Shown here: positions 12,308-22,825 of the stretch, in pieces
Layout of the letters: the number at the start of each line of letters is the position of its first letter
Numbering within the stretch: position 1 is the first letter of the stretch
NCBI GenBank assembly: GCA_900316975.1
Contig: ONFA01000008.1
Location: 4,164 to 68,163 of the forward strand
Direction: 5' to 3'
DNA: 64,000 nt
From: an uncultured Prevotellaceae bacterium
GTDB lineage: Bacteria > Bacteroidota > Bacteroidia > Bacteroidales > Bacteroidaceae
Made by a program: the position numbers and the translations under genes
Notes under the pieces: model-generated
What the model was told of the DNA's origin: nothing
The model's database searches: none
The model's input: the letters and a program-made list of their open reading frames with translations, nothing else

Positions 12308-14095
12308 ATGGTCATTATCAAAAAATGGAGTATTGCCATCGTCTTATTGACAGGAATTTATTGCAACATGTTAGCACAAACCACAGAGTTTGAGCAGATG
12401 GTGAATGAGCGTAACTTAAACAAGGGCGTGACGGATTGCAGCATGGAGGAAAAGATTGTGATGGAGGAGCCACAGATGGCCTATGTGAACTTGACCGGAT
12501 TTACAAATATGCCCACCACCAAAAACATTACAATGAAGGGATGGATGGAAGTGTATGACGGCAACGGCATCTACTTCAAGAAACCCATCACCATCAGTGC
12601 ACAGGGGAATTATTCGCTCAAGTTTCCCAAACGAAATTTTGTGTGCCATTACTGTAACGACATGTGGGACGAGGACAAAGGGGCTGAAGTGAAAATCGGG
12701 AAGTGGGTGAAACAAAGTTCTTTCCATTTTAAGGCTTTTTACACCGACTTCCTGCGAGGTATCGGTGAAGTTGGATATAAAGTGTATGAAGAAGTGGTTG
12801 CCGACCGTGCTCCTTATTGGGAACGGGACGGTTATCAAGATGAAAGTAAGGGCAGGTGTTTCCCCGATGGTTTTCCTTGCGCTGTGTATCTGAATGGTGA
12901 GTTTTATGGAATCTTCGCATGGCAACTGAAGAAGAGTCGGAAAAACATGAACATGGAGAAGGACGTGGCAGAGCACATCCATCTGGATGGCACCCTGCAA
13001 GACCAAAGCATCTTCAGGGGAACAATCATCTGGAGAGACTTTGAAGTGCGCAACCCCAAGGGGCTCTATGACAAAAACGGGAATCAATATAATGGCAATA
13101 GCCCCAAGGAACTCATTGACGAGAAGTGCGCCAACTTTGATGATGAAGCGGACACACCCGACATCAGACTTGCCAAAGACATGACCAGCAAGGTGAAGGC
13201 ATATATCATGCAGATGAGCAAATACTGGTCAGAACTGTCAAGCATGGAGAAGGAAGGTGCAAGCAAAGAGGAAATGAGAGATGAGATAGAAAACAGATAC
13301 GAAATAGAGAGCCTGATTGACTATTGCGTCTTTTTCTATTTTCAAGCCAATGGAGACGGTTCTCTGAAAAACTGGCAATGGTTCACCTACGACGGGAAGA
13401 AGTGGATGGTGACACCCTACGACCTCGACCAGACATTTGGTGTCAATCTCTATGGAGCAGTGCGCCCTGCCACTTTAGGGTTGGACATATTGGTGTCGGG
13501 ACCCTTCTATTGGGTTTACAAATATTATCAGGAAGACCTGCGTGAACGATACAAGCAATTGCGTGACAGAGGAGTCTTCAATGCCGAGTTTGTCTGCCGC
13601 ATCATAGATGATTGGTATGGGCGTGTAGGCGAGGACTACTATGCGATGGAAAAAGCCAAATGGCCCGACAGCCCATGCTATCGCGACGCGGAATGTAACC
13701 CAGGATGGGAGGTCTATAACCAATGGGGCAACTATTCCGACACCGAGAATTACAACGTAACCCAGACATACAATGCTGGCGACATCGTCAAACTGGAAGG
13801 CAGGCTGTGGAGAGCCACCAAGACGGTGCACGGAGTGAGGCCATACAAGGTGAATGCCAACATCGACTCGCTCGAGCGATTGCATGGTTGGGTGAGTGAT
13901 CGCATAGACTATTTAGACGATTATTATGCTTACGTACCCACCACCGATGCTTTGGAGGAAGTGATTTCTCGTGAGCCGAACCGCCAGCTCATCGGCATCT
14001 ACAACACTACAGGCATACGATTGGAGCAGCCTCAAAGGGGCATTAACATTTATCAATATAGTGATGGAACAACAAAAAAGGTGCTGATTCATTAA
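12308..14095 (+). CDS. CotH kinase-family protein with CBM5/12-like segment and T9SS sorting domain
   Basis: FKAFYTDFLRGIGEVGYKVYEEV, AVYLNGEFYGIFAW and WMVTPYDLDQTFG resemble conserved CotH blocks. YNAGDIVKLEGRLWRATK is CBM5/12-like. The tail IGIYNTTGIRLEQPQRGINIYQYSDGTTKKVLIH is T9SS CTD-like. Confidence 0.65.
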   Translation: MVIIKKWSIAIVLLTGIYCNMLAQTTEFEQMVNERNLNKGVTDCSMEEKIVMEEPQMAYVNLTGFTNMPTTKNITMKGWMEVYDGNGIYFKKPITISAQGNYSLKFPKRNFVCHYCNDMWDEDKGAEVKIGKWVKQSSFHFKAFYTDFLRGIGEVGYKVYEEVVADRAPYWERDGYQDESKGRCFPDGFPCAVYLNGEFYGIFAWQLKKSRKNMNMEKDVAEHIHLDGTLQDQSIFRGTIIWRDFEVRNPKGLYDKNGNQYNGNSPKELIDEKCANFDDEADTPDIRLAKDMTSKVKAYIMQMSKYWSELSSMEKEGASKEEMRDEIENRYEIESLIDYCVFFYFQANGDGSLKNWQWFTYDGKKWMVTPYDLDQTFGVNLYGAVRPATLGLDILVSGPFYWVYKYYQEDLRERYKQLRDRGVFNAEFVCRIIDDWYGRVGEDYYAMEKAKWPDSPCYRDAECNPGWEVYNQWGNYSDTENYNVTQTYNAGDIVKLEGRLWRATKTVHGVRPYKVNANIDSLERLHGWVSDRIDYLDDYYAYVPTTDALEEVISREPNRQLIGIYNTTGIRLEQPQRGINIYQYSDGTTKKVLIH

Positions 14096-14140
14096 GAACC
14101 AACACCTTCCTTCTGTAAACTTTAACCGTTAAACCTTACA

Positions 14141-15622
14141 TTACTTTCCCAATCTCTTCACCCACAAATCATACGCAGCCTTGTAAGGAGCACAGTCTGC
14201 CTCTGGTTTAATGGTTGCCATGTGATTGAGTGTCTTGAAGGCTTCATCACTGTCCTTGTAGATGCCTGCACCAATACCTGCACCATAAGCAGCACCTACA
14301 GAGCCATCCGTCTCATAGAGTTCGATGGTGGCACCTGTGACGGATGCCAAAGTGCGGCAGAAGAGCGGATTGAGGAACATATTGGCATGACCAGCCTTGA
14401 TGGTGCTGATTTCCATGCCCATGTCCTTCATGATCTGCATGCCGTAGGCAAACGAGAACGCGATGCCCTCGTGAGCAGCACGGATGAGGTGTGCTTTCTT
14501 GTGAATGTTGAAGTTGATGCCATGAATGGAAGCACCCACATTCTCGTTCTGGAGCACACGTTCTGCACCGTTGCCAAATGGAATCACAGTCAAGCCATCA
14601 GCACCGATAGGAGCTGTCTCTGCGAGGTCGTTCATCTCCGGGTAACTCATGCCCTCTGGAGCCACAGTGCGACGCATCCACGCATTGAGGATACCTGTAC
14701 CGTTGATACAGAGAAGGACGCCCAGACGGGTTGCCCCACCCTCGCCATGATTCACATGCGCAAAAGTGTTGACACGAGACAGTTTGTCATAGTTGACTTC
14801 ACCAAGCACACCGTAAACCACACCTGAAGTACCACCGGTTGCAGCAATTTCACCCGGTTTCATCACATTGAGTGAAAGGGCATTGTTGGGCTGGTCACCA
14901 CCACGATAAGAAATAGGAGTGCCAACAGGAATGCCAAGTTCGTCAGCAATAGCCTGACAAACGGTGCTCTGCACTGAGAAGGTTGGCACAATCTCAGCGA
15001 TGAGATTTTCGGAGAAACCGAAATAGTTCATCACATCCTTGCTCACCTCATTGTTCTTGAAATCCCAGAACATACCCTCAGAAAGACCTGAAACGGTGGT
15101 TTTCTTGTCGCCACCAGAAAGGCGCATGGCGATGTAGTCGCCAGGAAGCATAATCTTGTCAATCTTGGCAAAAACGTCAGGTTCGTTCTCCTTCACCCAT
15201 GCCAACTTGGCTGCAGTGAAGTTACCAGGAGAATTGAGAAGATGCTGAAGACATTTCTCACCACCGATAGCATCGAATGCCTTGTTGCCATAAGGCACAG
15301 CACGACCGTCACACCAAATGATGGATGGGCGAAGCGGCTTTCCCTCCTTATCCACACACACGAGTCCGTGCATCTGATAAGAAATACCAATGGCTTTCAC
15401 GTCAGCCAGCGAACCGCCAGCCTTGGTAGCCACACGGGCTGTTGCCTGTTTGAGTTCATCCCACCACATTTCGGGTTCTTGCTCAGCCCAACCTGGCTGC
15501 TTGGCAATAATGGATGCCTCACTGTCTGGATATTGTGCACTTGCCACCGTCTGTCCTGTCTGTGCATCAACGAGGGATGCTTTGACCGACGATGTGCCAA
15601 TGTCGTAACCTAAAAGTAACAT
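14141..15622 (-). CDS. xylB: Xylulokinase (FGGY carbohydrate kinase)
   Basis: MLLLGYDIGTSSVKASLVD, GISYQMHGLV and GGGA-type C-terminal FGGY motifs. It shares an operon context with the GH43 and xyloside transporter genes. Confidence 0.88.
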   Translation of the reverse strand: MLLLGYDIGTSSVKASLVDAQTGQTVASAQYPDSEASIIAKQPGWAEQEPEMWWDELKQATARVATKAGGSLADVKAIGISYQMHGLVCVDKEGKPLRPSIIWCDGRAVPYGNKAFDAIGGEKCLQHLLNSPGNFTAAKLAWVKENEPDVFAKIDKIMLPGDYIAMRLSGGDKKTTVSGLSEGMFWDFKNNEVSKDVMNYFGFSENLIAEIVPTFSVQSTVCQAIADELGIPVGTPISYRGGDQPNNALSLNVMKPGEIAATGGTSGVVYGVLGEVNYDKLSRVNTFAHVNHGEGGATRLGVLLCINGTGILNAWMRRTVAPEGMSYPEMNDLAETAPIGADGLTVIPFGNGAERVLQNENVGASIHGINFNIHKKAHLIRAAHEGIAFSFAYGMQIMKDMGMEISTIKAGHANMFLNPLFCRTLASVTGATIELYETDGSVGAAYGAGIGAGIYKDSDEAFKTLNHMATIKPEADCAPYKAAYDLWVKRLGK

Positions 15623-15645
15623 AATTTATTAAATATAGTTTAGAA

Positions 15646-16683
15646 TTATTTGTCCAATCCTTCAATCTGCTGAATGGTGCCATCTGCGTTGTAGTGCAGT
15701 TCGCACACCTTCAGCGAGCGAAGCCATGTCTTGTCGTTCGACGGCACACAGTCGTGGTGGAAGAGATACCACTTACCCTTATACTCCGCAATAGAATGGT
15801 GAGTGGTCCAGCCCACCACTGGAGTCATGAGGACACCCTGATAGGTGAATGGTCCGTAAGGATTGTCACCGATAGCATAGCAGAGGAAGTGGCTGTCACC
15901 AGTAGAGTAAGAGAAGTAGTACTTACCATTGTACTTGTGCATCCACGAAGCCTCGAAGAAGCGGTGTGGATCACCAGCCTTCAGAGGCTGTCCGTCCTTG
16001 TCGAGGATGAGCACGCAACGGGGAGCCTCAGCAAACTCCATGTCATCATTCATCTTCACCACCCAACTTGGAAGAGCAGGCGCATCTGGCTTAGCGAAGA
16101 GTTGAGTCTTGCGGTCTGGAGCAGGACCTAAATCAATGAGTCCGTTCTTGTCGCCATACTTGCCAGGGATGGTCTCGAAACCATGATAGAGAGGCTGCCA
16201 CCACTGGAGTTGTCCACCCCAAAGACCGCCGAAGTAGGTGTAGATGGTGCCGTCATCATCCTTGAACACACATGGGTCGATAGAGAACGAACCACGAATG
16301 GCGAATGGGCGCGGAGTGAAAGGACCCTCAGGCTTGTCTGCCACAGCCACACCAAGACGGAACACACCGTCATAGCCCTTGGCAGAGAACACATAGTAGT
16401 ACTTGCCATCCTTCTCCACCACGTCGCTGTCCCACAACTGCTTTTCAGCCCATGGCACTTGCTCCACACTGAAGATAACACCGTGGTCAGTAGCCTTGCC
16501 GTTCTCCAAGTCATCGAAAGAGAGTGCATGGTAGTCCTTCATCTGGAAGTGACCGCCATCGTCATCTTCTTCAGCACCAGCCTCCCAGTCGTGAGAGGGG
16601 TAGATGTACAATTTACCATTGAATACATGCGCAGCAGGATCTGCCATGTAATCTTCTGGGAAAAGATATTTCTTTCCTTCCAT
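15646..16683 (-). CDS. GH43 beta-xylosidase/alpha-L-arabinofuranosidase (Xsa/XynB-like)
   Basis: YLFPEDYMADPAAHVFNGKLYIYPSHD is the characteristic N-terminus of the Xsa/XynB GH43 group. Confidence 0.9.
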   Translation of the reverse strand: MEGKKYLFPEDYMADPAAHVFNGKLYIYPSHDWEAGAEEDDDGGHFQMKDYHALSFDDLENGKATDHGVIFSVEQVPWAEKQLWDSDVVEKDGKYYYVFSAKGYDGVFRLGVAVADKPEGPFTPRPFAIRGSFSIDPCVFKDDDGTIYTYFGGLWGGQLQWWQPLYHGFETIPGKYGDKNGLIDLGPAPDRKTQLFAKPDAPALPSWVVKMNDDMEFAEAPRCVLILDKDGQPLKAGDPHRFFEASWMHKYNGKYYFSYSTGDSHFLCYAIGDNPYGPFTYQGVLMTPVVGWTTHHSIAEYKGKWYLFHHDCVPSNDKTWLRSLKVCELHYNADGTIQQIEGLDK

Positions 16684-16723
16684 AGTTTTTAGGTTTTATG
16701 GGTTATTATAAATAGATTAGTTA

Positions 16724-18130
16724 TTACTTCTTCGAACGAGCCTCAATCTCTCTGCTCATCTCGTCAAGTCTCTCATCAGTGAGAGGATATCTGTAAACCA
16801 AGAATCCTACAATGATCAGAAGGATGGCTGGGATGATACAAGTGAACACCAGAATGGCATTCTGAGCAATTTCAGAATAATTAGCCAATTTCACATAATA
16901 GGCATTTACAGGAGCGCTGATAAATGATGCCAGGAACACAACGACAAAGATGCCAAGCACTAACTGAAGGCTCTTGTTTGCTTTGAATTCCTGCCACATT
17001 TCGCCGAATGAAACAGGCTTTTCAGGGGTCGTGGTGATATTCTCCTTACAGCCAGCAAAGCAAAGCATCAAGAGAACAAAACCCACGAGGGCAAACACAC
17101 TGGTGACAGTAAACCAAGCCGTAGGATCGGTAGCCAAAGCAGACTCTTCACTGGCGAAGTTAAAGCCAATCCATCCCATCACCAGAGGTGTGATCCAACC
17201 GGCGATGGAGAAACCTGCCTTGAAAGCAACACCGGCAAGTGCATTCACTGTGGCAGCAGGTCTGTTTCCCGTTCGATACTCAGCCTCTGTAATCACTTCA
17301 GGAACCAGTGCCCACATCAGTGAACCTACAAGAAGTCCGACACCTGTCATGATCTTTGCAATCTGAACGATTGTATTGTAATTTGCCACATCAAAGAATT
17401 TACCAATGGTGAACAAGATGATAAATCCAACGAGGCCTACAGCAAGAAGCGTGTAATAAAGCCCCTTCTTACCCAGCCATTTCTTCAATGCAGGCAAAGA
17501 AGGCAGGATGATGAAAGCAGGGATGGTACCAATCGCCATAAATGTAGCCTGATTCCAGTCAATGGCAGCATGGACGCACATAGCAAGTCCGATAGGGAAA
17601 CCTGCCTGAACAACAATCTGACCGATATTGGCACAGACCATTCGCGTGGAAGTAAGAATAAGAACCTCATCGTTGTCACGGGTCATACTTGCCATAATCG
17701 AGCCGTATGGAATGTTCACGACTGAATAAATCATGCTCAGCACGGTATAACTGAGAGCAGCATAGACCATTTTCATGGGCATGGACCATTCGGCAGCCTG
17801 AGGAAGCATCAACAGACAGGCGGCAACAGTGAGAGGAATACCGCCATAAAGAAGATAAGCACGATATTTGCCCAACTTGGGATTGCGGTTATCAATATAA
17901 CGCCCCACCACAGGACTCCAGAAACAGTCAATGAGACGAACTGTGAGAATCAATCCACTGACAAAAGCAGCATTGATTTTCAACACCGTAGTAAGGTAAA
18001 TCATCAAGTAGGTTGCTACTGTCTGGAAAATAAGGTTCTGCGCAAGGTCGCCGGAGCCGAAGCCTATACGCTGAAGCCAACTGAGTTTGTAGAAGCCATT
18101 TGCTTCCTGAGTTGAATTTTCTGTTGCCAT
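16724..18130 (-). CDS. GPH-family glycoside/pentoside:cation symporter (xyloside transporter-like)
   Basis: Twelve predicted TM helices. WLQRIGFGSGDLAQNLIFQTVATYLMIYLT is typical of the GPH/MelB-XynT family. Confidence 0.88.
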   Translation of the reverse strand: MATENSTQEANGFYKLSWLQRIGFGSGDLAQNLIFQTVATYLMIYLTTVLKINAAFVSGLILTVRLIDCFWSPVVGRYIDNRNPKLGKYRAYLLYGGIPLTVAACLLMLPQAAEWSMPMKMVYAALSYTVLSMIYSVVNIPYGSIMASMTRDNDEVLILTSTRMVCANIGQIVVQAGFPIGLAMCVHAAIDWNQATFMAIGTIPAFIILPSLPALKKWLGKKGLYYTLLAVGLVGFIILFTIGKFFDVANYNTIVQIAKIMTGVGLLVGSLMWALVPEVITEAEYRTGNRPAATVNALAGVAFKAGFSIAGWITPLVMGWIGFNFASEESALATDPTAWFTVTSVFALVGFVLLMLCFAGCKENITTTPEKPVSFGEMWQEFKANKSLQLVLGIFVVVFLASFISAPVNAYYVKLANYSEIAQNAILVFTCIIPAILLIIVGFLVYRYPLTDERLDEMSREIEARSKK

Positions 18131-18198
18131 TTTCTTTTATTAGGTTTTGTTTATAATTGGTTATTATGCACAATAAGATGGTTAGCCCATTTGGGTTG

Positions 18199-18206
18199 CA
18201 AATTTA
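18199..18206 (-). promoter_or_regulatory. -7 box TAAATTTG for the transporter-GH43-xylB operon
   Basis: The plus strand reads caaattta, 69 nt upstream of the start at 18130. Confidence 0.5.
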
Positions 18207-18398
18207 AGACTTTTCTTTTATTTTTCCGCACATATTTGTAACAAACACTTCCACTCATGTAACTTTTTCTTTCGATTTCCTGAAAAAAAGCCCTTGGAAA
18301 AACAAAAAATACGCACTTCACGTGTTAACATTATTTAAAAGTTCTGTTCTGCAATTTCCTTTTTCGGTTTCCATTCCTCACACATCAAATAAAATGCC

Positions 18399-18406
18399 TA
18401 CCTTTG
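18399..18406 (+). promoter_or_regulatory. -7 box TACCTTTG for the 1313-aa T9SS cargo gene
   Basis: Exact TAnnTTTG, about 110 nt upstream of the ATG at 18517. Confidence 0.55.
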
Positions 18407-18516
18407 TAGCGTTATAACTTCATCGGAAGCATTTCTTGACTAAGAAAAGACTAACCAAAAGGGAAATAGATTAAAAACAACAATATTTATTAACTTTATT
18501 TAATCACTAACTTTTT

Positions 18517-21500
18517 ATGACAAGAAAAAAACTTTTTCTTACGGCTGTAACATTGTTACTTGCCGTGTTTGGTGGGGGGGGTAAAATCTCCGCACAAGCA
18601 TCCTACAATCACACCTACACAATCGGTACAGAAGTGGCTGCTGGAAGCGACTATTTCCTTTATAATATTGGAGCGAAGCAGTTCCTAACCAATGGCTTAG
18701 ACTATGGAACACGTGCTACCGTAGATAATTCTGGTCGCGTTCTCACCTTGGCTACTAACACAAACGGTTACAGTATTTACACAAATTACGTATCACTCAA
18801 CGAACGCAGTGAGGCAAAGGCTGGTTTTTTGACGACTAATGGGTATGTAGATACTGGAACAAATGATGCAGACTGGGTGTTTACCCCTGTCGATGTTGCA
18901 GGTTACACCAATGCCTACACCATCAAAAACAGTGATACACAATACCTCTTTTTTGATCAAAACAACACAAATCCCGGCTGTCCGGTGAATGTTGGCAATA
19001 ACACTGGTAACGATTATTCGTATTGGTTGCTCATTTCAAAAGCCACACGTGAAGCCATGGGTGACTATAGCCATTATCTCATCAACACCCAGATGAACGC
19101 AGCATGGGAATTTAAAACATGGTCTGGTTCTACCGCCTGGGACGATGTGTCTATAATTCAACCAGGCGGCCTTAACAGCAATCGTTGTGGCGAGAAATTC
19201 CATACCATTGTTGACATTTGTCAGAATGTAAAAGAAACACTTCCCAACGGACGGTATAAGTTCTACGGTCAAAGTTTCTGGCGTCAGGACGGTAGTGCTG
19301 AAGGCCCAGTGCTTTATGCTAATAGTGACACTAAAACCATTCTTTCCCTAACTGGTACAGAGAACAGCATGAATGATGCTTCTAGCTCTTTTACAGCAGG
19401 TAAATATGTAAATTCTGTTGAAACTTTTGTTAACGATGGAAAACTAAAAGTAGGTATCAACATCAGAGATGGCAACCAATGGGTCATTTTTGACAACTTC
19501 GTGCTTGACTATCTCGGACAATGCGTAATGGACTATGCCGTAAAACTCCCTGATGGTGGAAACATGGAAGCCGACACTTGGTATTACTTTGACATCGCAA
19601 CCGCTGCTGACAACTATACTGCTACAGCCACAACATTGGGAGACATCATCTGCACAACAGATGGCTATACGCAGACCTCATCCACCACAAGCACCGTGAC
19701 ATTGACGGCAGAGAACAACAATCTATTAGCACAGCGTTACTATGTGAAATCTTCATCGGCAAACAATCTTATTGTAGGTGTTGCCGCATATAGTTACTCT
19801 ATCAGCGAAGCCACTGCGGACTTGACTTACATCCAACCTGGCAATACAGTAACTGTAAACTACACTGTAAACACTAATGACCCAGAAGGTGCGCTAACTC
19901 AAGACTATAGTGGTGTAACCTTTGCAGGCAATGCCATCACAGTCACCCCAACAGCCAGCGGCTTTACCTTCACGGTACCTACTGTGGCTACGAACAACAA
20001 CTACGTGCTGGCAATCCCAGCTGGTGCCATCAAGTACAACAACGACAACCAGAATGCTGTACAGAATATTACATTAAAAACTCCCGTCCTGTTCGATGGC
20101 ACCTACTATTTGAGGGTCGAAGCCACCTATAATGGTACCATTGAGAGCACTAGCAATGCTGTCGGCAAGTATATGGCTCGTGGTACTGCCTATAGTACAC
20201 ACCTGTCAATAGACAACTATGGTCTTCCTGTTGTAGTCACCACTGATGGAAGCAACAGAACCACACTGAAAATGGCAGACACTAATGGTTATGTATTCTC
20301 AAACGGTGATTATGACGCCTTCGCTGATGGTGGATCGCCAACTTACTTCACAATAAGCATTCAAAACAGCAAATTCCTCATTGCCAGCAACAACCGCGGT
20401 GGTAAATATCTAAAGTATAACACCTCCGCTGTTGATGACGAAGAAATTTCCGTATTCGATGATGGCAATGGCACGAACAGCGGTCCTATTATCATGTGGA
20501 ATATAGAAAGTATCAGTGAACATGCCACTGCTATGCAAATAAAGAAAAATAACCAAGCTGCTACTGCCGCTGCTGCTGCCTACGCTTCTGGTAACTATAA
20601 CTCACTCAACGGCATCACAACTGTCAGTGCATTGGAGACCGAGTTGACCGCGAATTATATTGAGGGAGAATTTGTTAGCCCTTCAACCATTACAAGCGTT
20701 CTAGAATCTTATCAGCCACGCAATAACACTTTTGCAAATTTGGAGCCTGTCATGGTTTACAGCAATACCATTAACATCACAAAGCCAGGCTTTTATAAGT
20801 TCTCCATGCAAGCTTTCAACCGTGCCACATGGAACAACGATGTTCAAGCTTTGCACGAGGCTGGGGCTGACATGCCTGCTGCTGCTCTCTTCTTCGGTGA
20901 TAGTGAGACACAGATAAAATCGCTTTATGATGAAAGCGGTGAGGCTACCGCCACCACTACTGAAGGCAATACTGCCGATGTACTTTATAACGGCACCTAC
21001 TATGCCAATGGAACCGATGCCGCTCTTGTAATGTTCAAAAACAACAAGTACCACAACGATGTGTGGTTCTATGCACCTGCTGCTGGAACCTACACTTATG
21101 GTGTGAAGGTGATGGGCTATGCTGCTGGCCAATGGTTTATCTATTCTCCCGAGTCCGTTACCATCACGTCCTATGCAGCCGCCGCTGATGCTACCGACTA
21201 TACCAACTTAAATGCCGCCATTGAAACTGCAGAAGGTAAAATTTTGGGGTTCGAGGAAGGCGAGTATGCCCCATACAACAACGTTGATGCTATCACGGCC
21301 ATTACTACAGCCAAGGGAATTGACCAGAATGCAACAAACTCAAAGTTGTTGGTTCAAAGTACGATTGATGCTCTGAGCAATTGGATCATTAATGCCACAG
21401 ATGTAGATGCCTTCTATGATGGCGGATTCTCCCAAATAGCTATAGGCAATGTTAGCACAACAGGTGTGAAGGGGTGGACTACAGGCGATGCCAATAATAT

Positions 21501-22458
21501 GCGCCAGATTGTCAGTGCAGAAAAATTTGCTAATGAGAAGGCACTCTACATTTGGCCAACTACTGTCAACTATGGTGAAACCACGGGCTACACAATGCCT
21601 CTGAAAGCCAATACTTGGTATAAATTCACATACTCTTATGGTGGTTGGAATGATAACATGGATAGTCCAACTATCTCCATTTTGAACAGTAATGGAGAAG
21701 GTCTGACATCGACAGAAACCGGTTCTGCACCTAAATACGATACCGATGTGAAAACTTACGTCATCACCTTCCAAACTGGAGCTGCCGGCAACTACATCTT
21801 CTCATACGCGGCACCAAATGGTACTAATACTACAATTGGTGACTTCTCGTTGACCAAGTGCGAAAATGTAAATCTCAACATGAACATCACTGCTGCCGAA
21901 TGGGCAACCTTCATTGCCCCATTTGAAGTCACCATTCCTAATGGCGTGAAGGCTTACACAGTTGAAGGCATAGAGGGAGAAACTCTCCAAAAGACAGAAT
22001 TGGCAACAACGATTCCAGCCAACACCCCTGTGCTCTTGAACGGTCCTGCTGATACTTACCCTGTTTCGGGCGTGAATATCGCAACTGAAGATTCTTACAC
22101 GGAGGGTATCCTCGTTGGTGTTTATAAAGATCAAGCGGTTACCAGCAACGGCGCAAATGACGTGTATGTCTTACAGAAGCAAGATGATGGTTTGGGATTC
22201 TACAAGGCATCCACTGTTGCGGCTGAGGCACCCACTGTAAAAGCAAATCGCGCTTATATCAAACTGGCTTCTGGTGGTGGAATCAAGGCTCTCTTCTTCG
22301 ACGACGATGAGGCAACAGCCATCGAAAGCGTTGATGTGCAGACTGCTGGTGAGTACGATGCCATCTACACTGCTACTGGTGTGAAAGTGAATAGTCTGCA
22401 GAAGGGTTTGAACATTGTGGTGAAGAATGGTAAGAGTTACAAGATTTTCGTGAAATAA
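18517..22458 (+). CDS. Large secreted protein of unknown function with T9SS C-terminal sorting domain
   Basis: 1313 aa. Signal peptide MTRKKLFLTAVTLLLAVFGGGGKISAQ. No catalytic motif recognised. Two lectin-like segments recur (..NGYSIYTNYVS.. and ..NGYVFSNGDYD..). The tail AIYTATGVKVNSLQKGLNIVVKNGKSYKIFVK is T9SS CTD-like. Confidence 0.8.
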   Translation: MTRKKLFLTAVTLLLAVFGGGGKISAQASYNHTYTIGTEVAAGSDYFLYNIGAKQFLTNGLDYGTRATVDNSGRVLTLATNTNGYSIYTNYVSLNERSEAKAGFLTTNGYVDTGTNDADWVFTPVDVAGYTNAYTIKNSDTQYLFFDQNNTNPGCPVNVGNNTGNDYSYWLLISKATREAMGDYSHYLINTQMNAAWEFKTWSGSTAWDDVSIIQPGGLNSNRCGEKFHTIVDICQNVKETLPNGRYKFYGQSFWRQDGSAEGPVLYANSDTKTILSLTGTENSMNDASSSFTAGKYVNSVETFVNDGKLKVGINIRDGNQWVIFDNFVLDYLGQCVMDYAVKLPDGGNMEADTWYYFDIATAADNYTATATTLGDIICTTDGYTQTSSTTSTVTLTAENNNLLAQRYYVKSSSANNLIVGVAAYSYSISEATADLTYIQPGNTVTVNYTVNTNDPEGALTQDYSGVTFAGNAITVTPTASGFTFTVPTVATNNNYVLAIPAGAIKYNNDNQNAVQNITLKTPVLFDGTYYLRVEATYNGTIESTSNAVGKYMARGTAYSTHLSIDNYGLPVVVTTDGSNRTTLKMADTNGYVFSNGDYDAFADGGSPTYFTISIQNSKFLIASNNRGGKYLKYNTSAVDDEEISVFDDGNGTNSGPIIMWNIESISEHATAMQIKKNNQAATAAAAAYASGNYNSLNGITTVSALETELTANYIEGEFVSPSTITSVLESYQPRNNTFANLEPVMVYSNTINITKPGFYKFSMQAFNRATWNNDVQALHEAGADMPAAALFFGDSETQIKSLYDESGEATATTTEGNTADVLYNGTYYANGTDAALVMFKNNKYHNDVWFYAPAAGTYTYGVKVMGYAAGQWFIYSPESVTITSYAAAADATDYTNLNAAIETAEGKILGFEEGEYAPYNNVDAITAITTAKGIDQNATNSKLLVQSTIDALSNWIINATDVDAFYDGGFSQIAIGNVSTTGVKGWTTGDANNMRQIVSAEKFANEKALYIWPTTVNYGETTGYTMPLKANTWYKFTYSYGGWNDNMDSPTISILNSNGEGLTSTETGSAPKYDTDVKTYVITFQTGAAGNYIFSYAAPNGTNTTIGDFSLTKCENVNLNMNITAAEWATFIAPFEVTIPNGVKAYTVEGIEGETLQKTELATTIPANTPVLLNGPADTYPVSGVNIATEDSYTEGILVGVYKDQAVTSNGANDVYVLQKQDDGLGFYKASTVAAEAPTVKANRAYIKLASGGGIKALFFDDDEATAIESVDVQTAGEYDAIYTATGVKVNSLQKGLNIVVKNGKSYKIFVK

Positions 22459-22480
22459 CAAACAAGAAAGGACAACTACA

Positions 22481-22663
22481 ATGAGAAAAGTATATATGAA
22501 GCCCAGCATGGAGGCTTTCAAAATGGAAATTGAGAACATGGTTTGCGTATCGCCCGGCATCAAGAGCGGTGGGGCTAAAAAGGATCTCGAAGTGCTCGCA
22601 CCCGAGATGGAAGATTTTGTGGATGACATAGATTTTAACGAGATCAATTCCTGGAAATTGTAA
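22481..22663 (+). CDS. Possible small acidic protein (60 aa) co-transcribed with the T9SS cargo gene
   Basis: The ORF starts 22 nt after the upstream stop and ends 44 nt before a strong terminator. No signal peptide or TM segment. No homology recognised. Confidence 0.3.
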   Translation: MRKVYMKPSMEAFKMEIENMVCVSPGIKSGGAKKDLEVLAPEMEDFVDDIDFNEINSWKL

Positions 22664-22707
22664 TTTGAGCCTTTTCTCCTTCCCTGAGGAGAGGAGCAAT
22701 CATAGCA

Positions 22708-22748
22708 GAAGGGGCAGCATCAGAACCGATGCTGCCCCTTCTTTTTCT
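22708..22748 (+). terminator. Rho-independent terminator
   Basis: A 14-bp perfect stem GAAGGGGCAGCATC / GATGCTGCCCCTTC with loop agaacc, followed by tttttct. Confidence 0.85.
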
Positions 22749-22825
22749 ACCCCAAAACCGACGTGGAGCACACCAATTAACCGATGAGGCTGTTTCAAAA
22801 TAAGCTATTCAACAGCATCTAAAAT

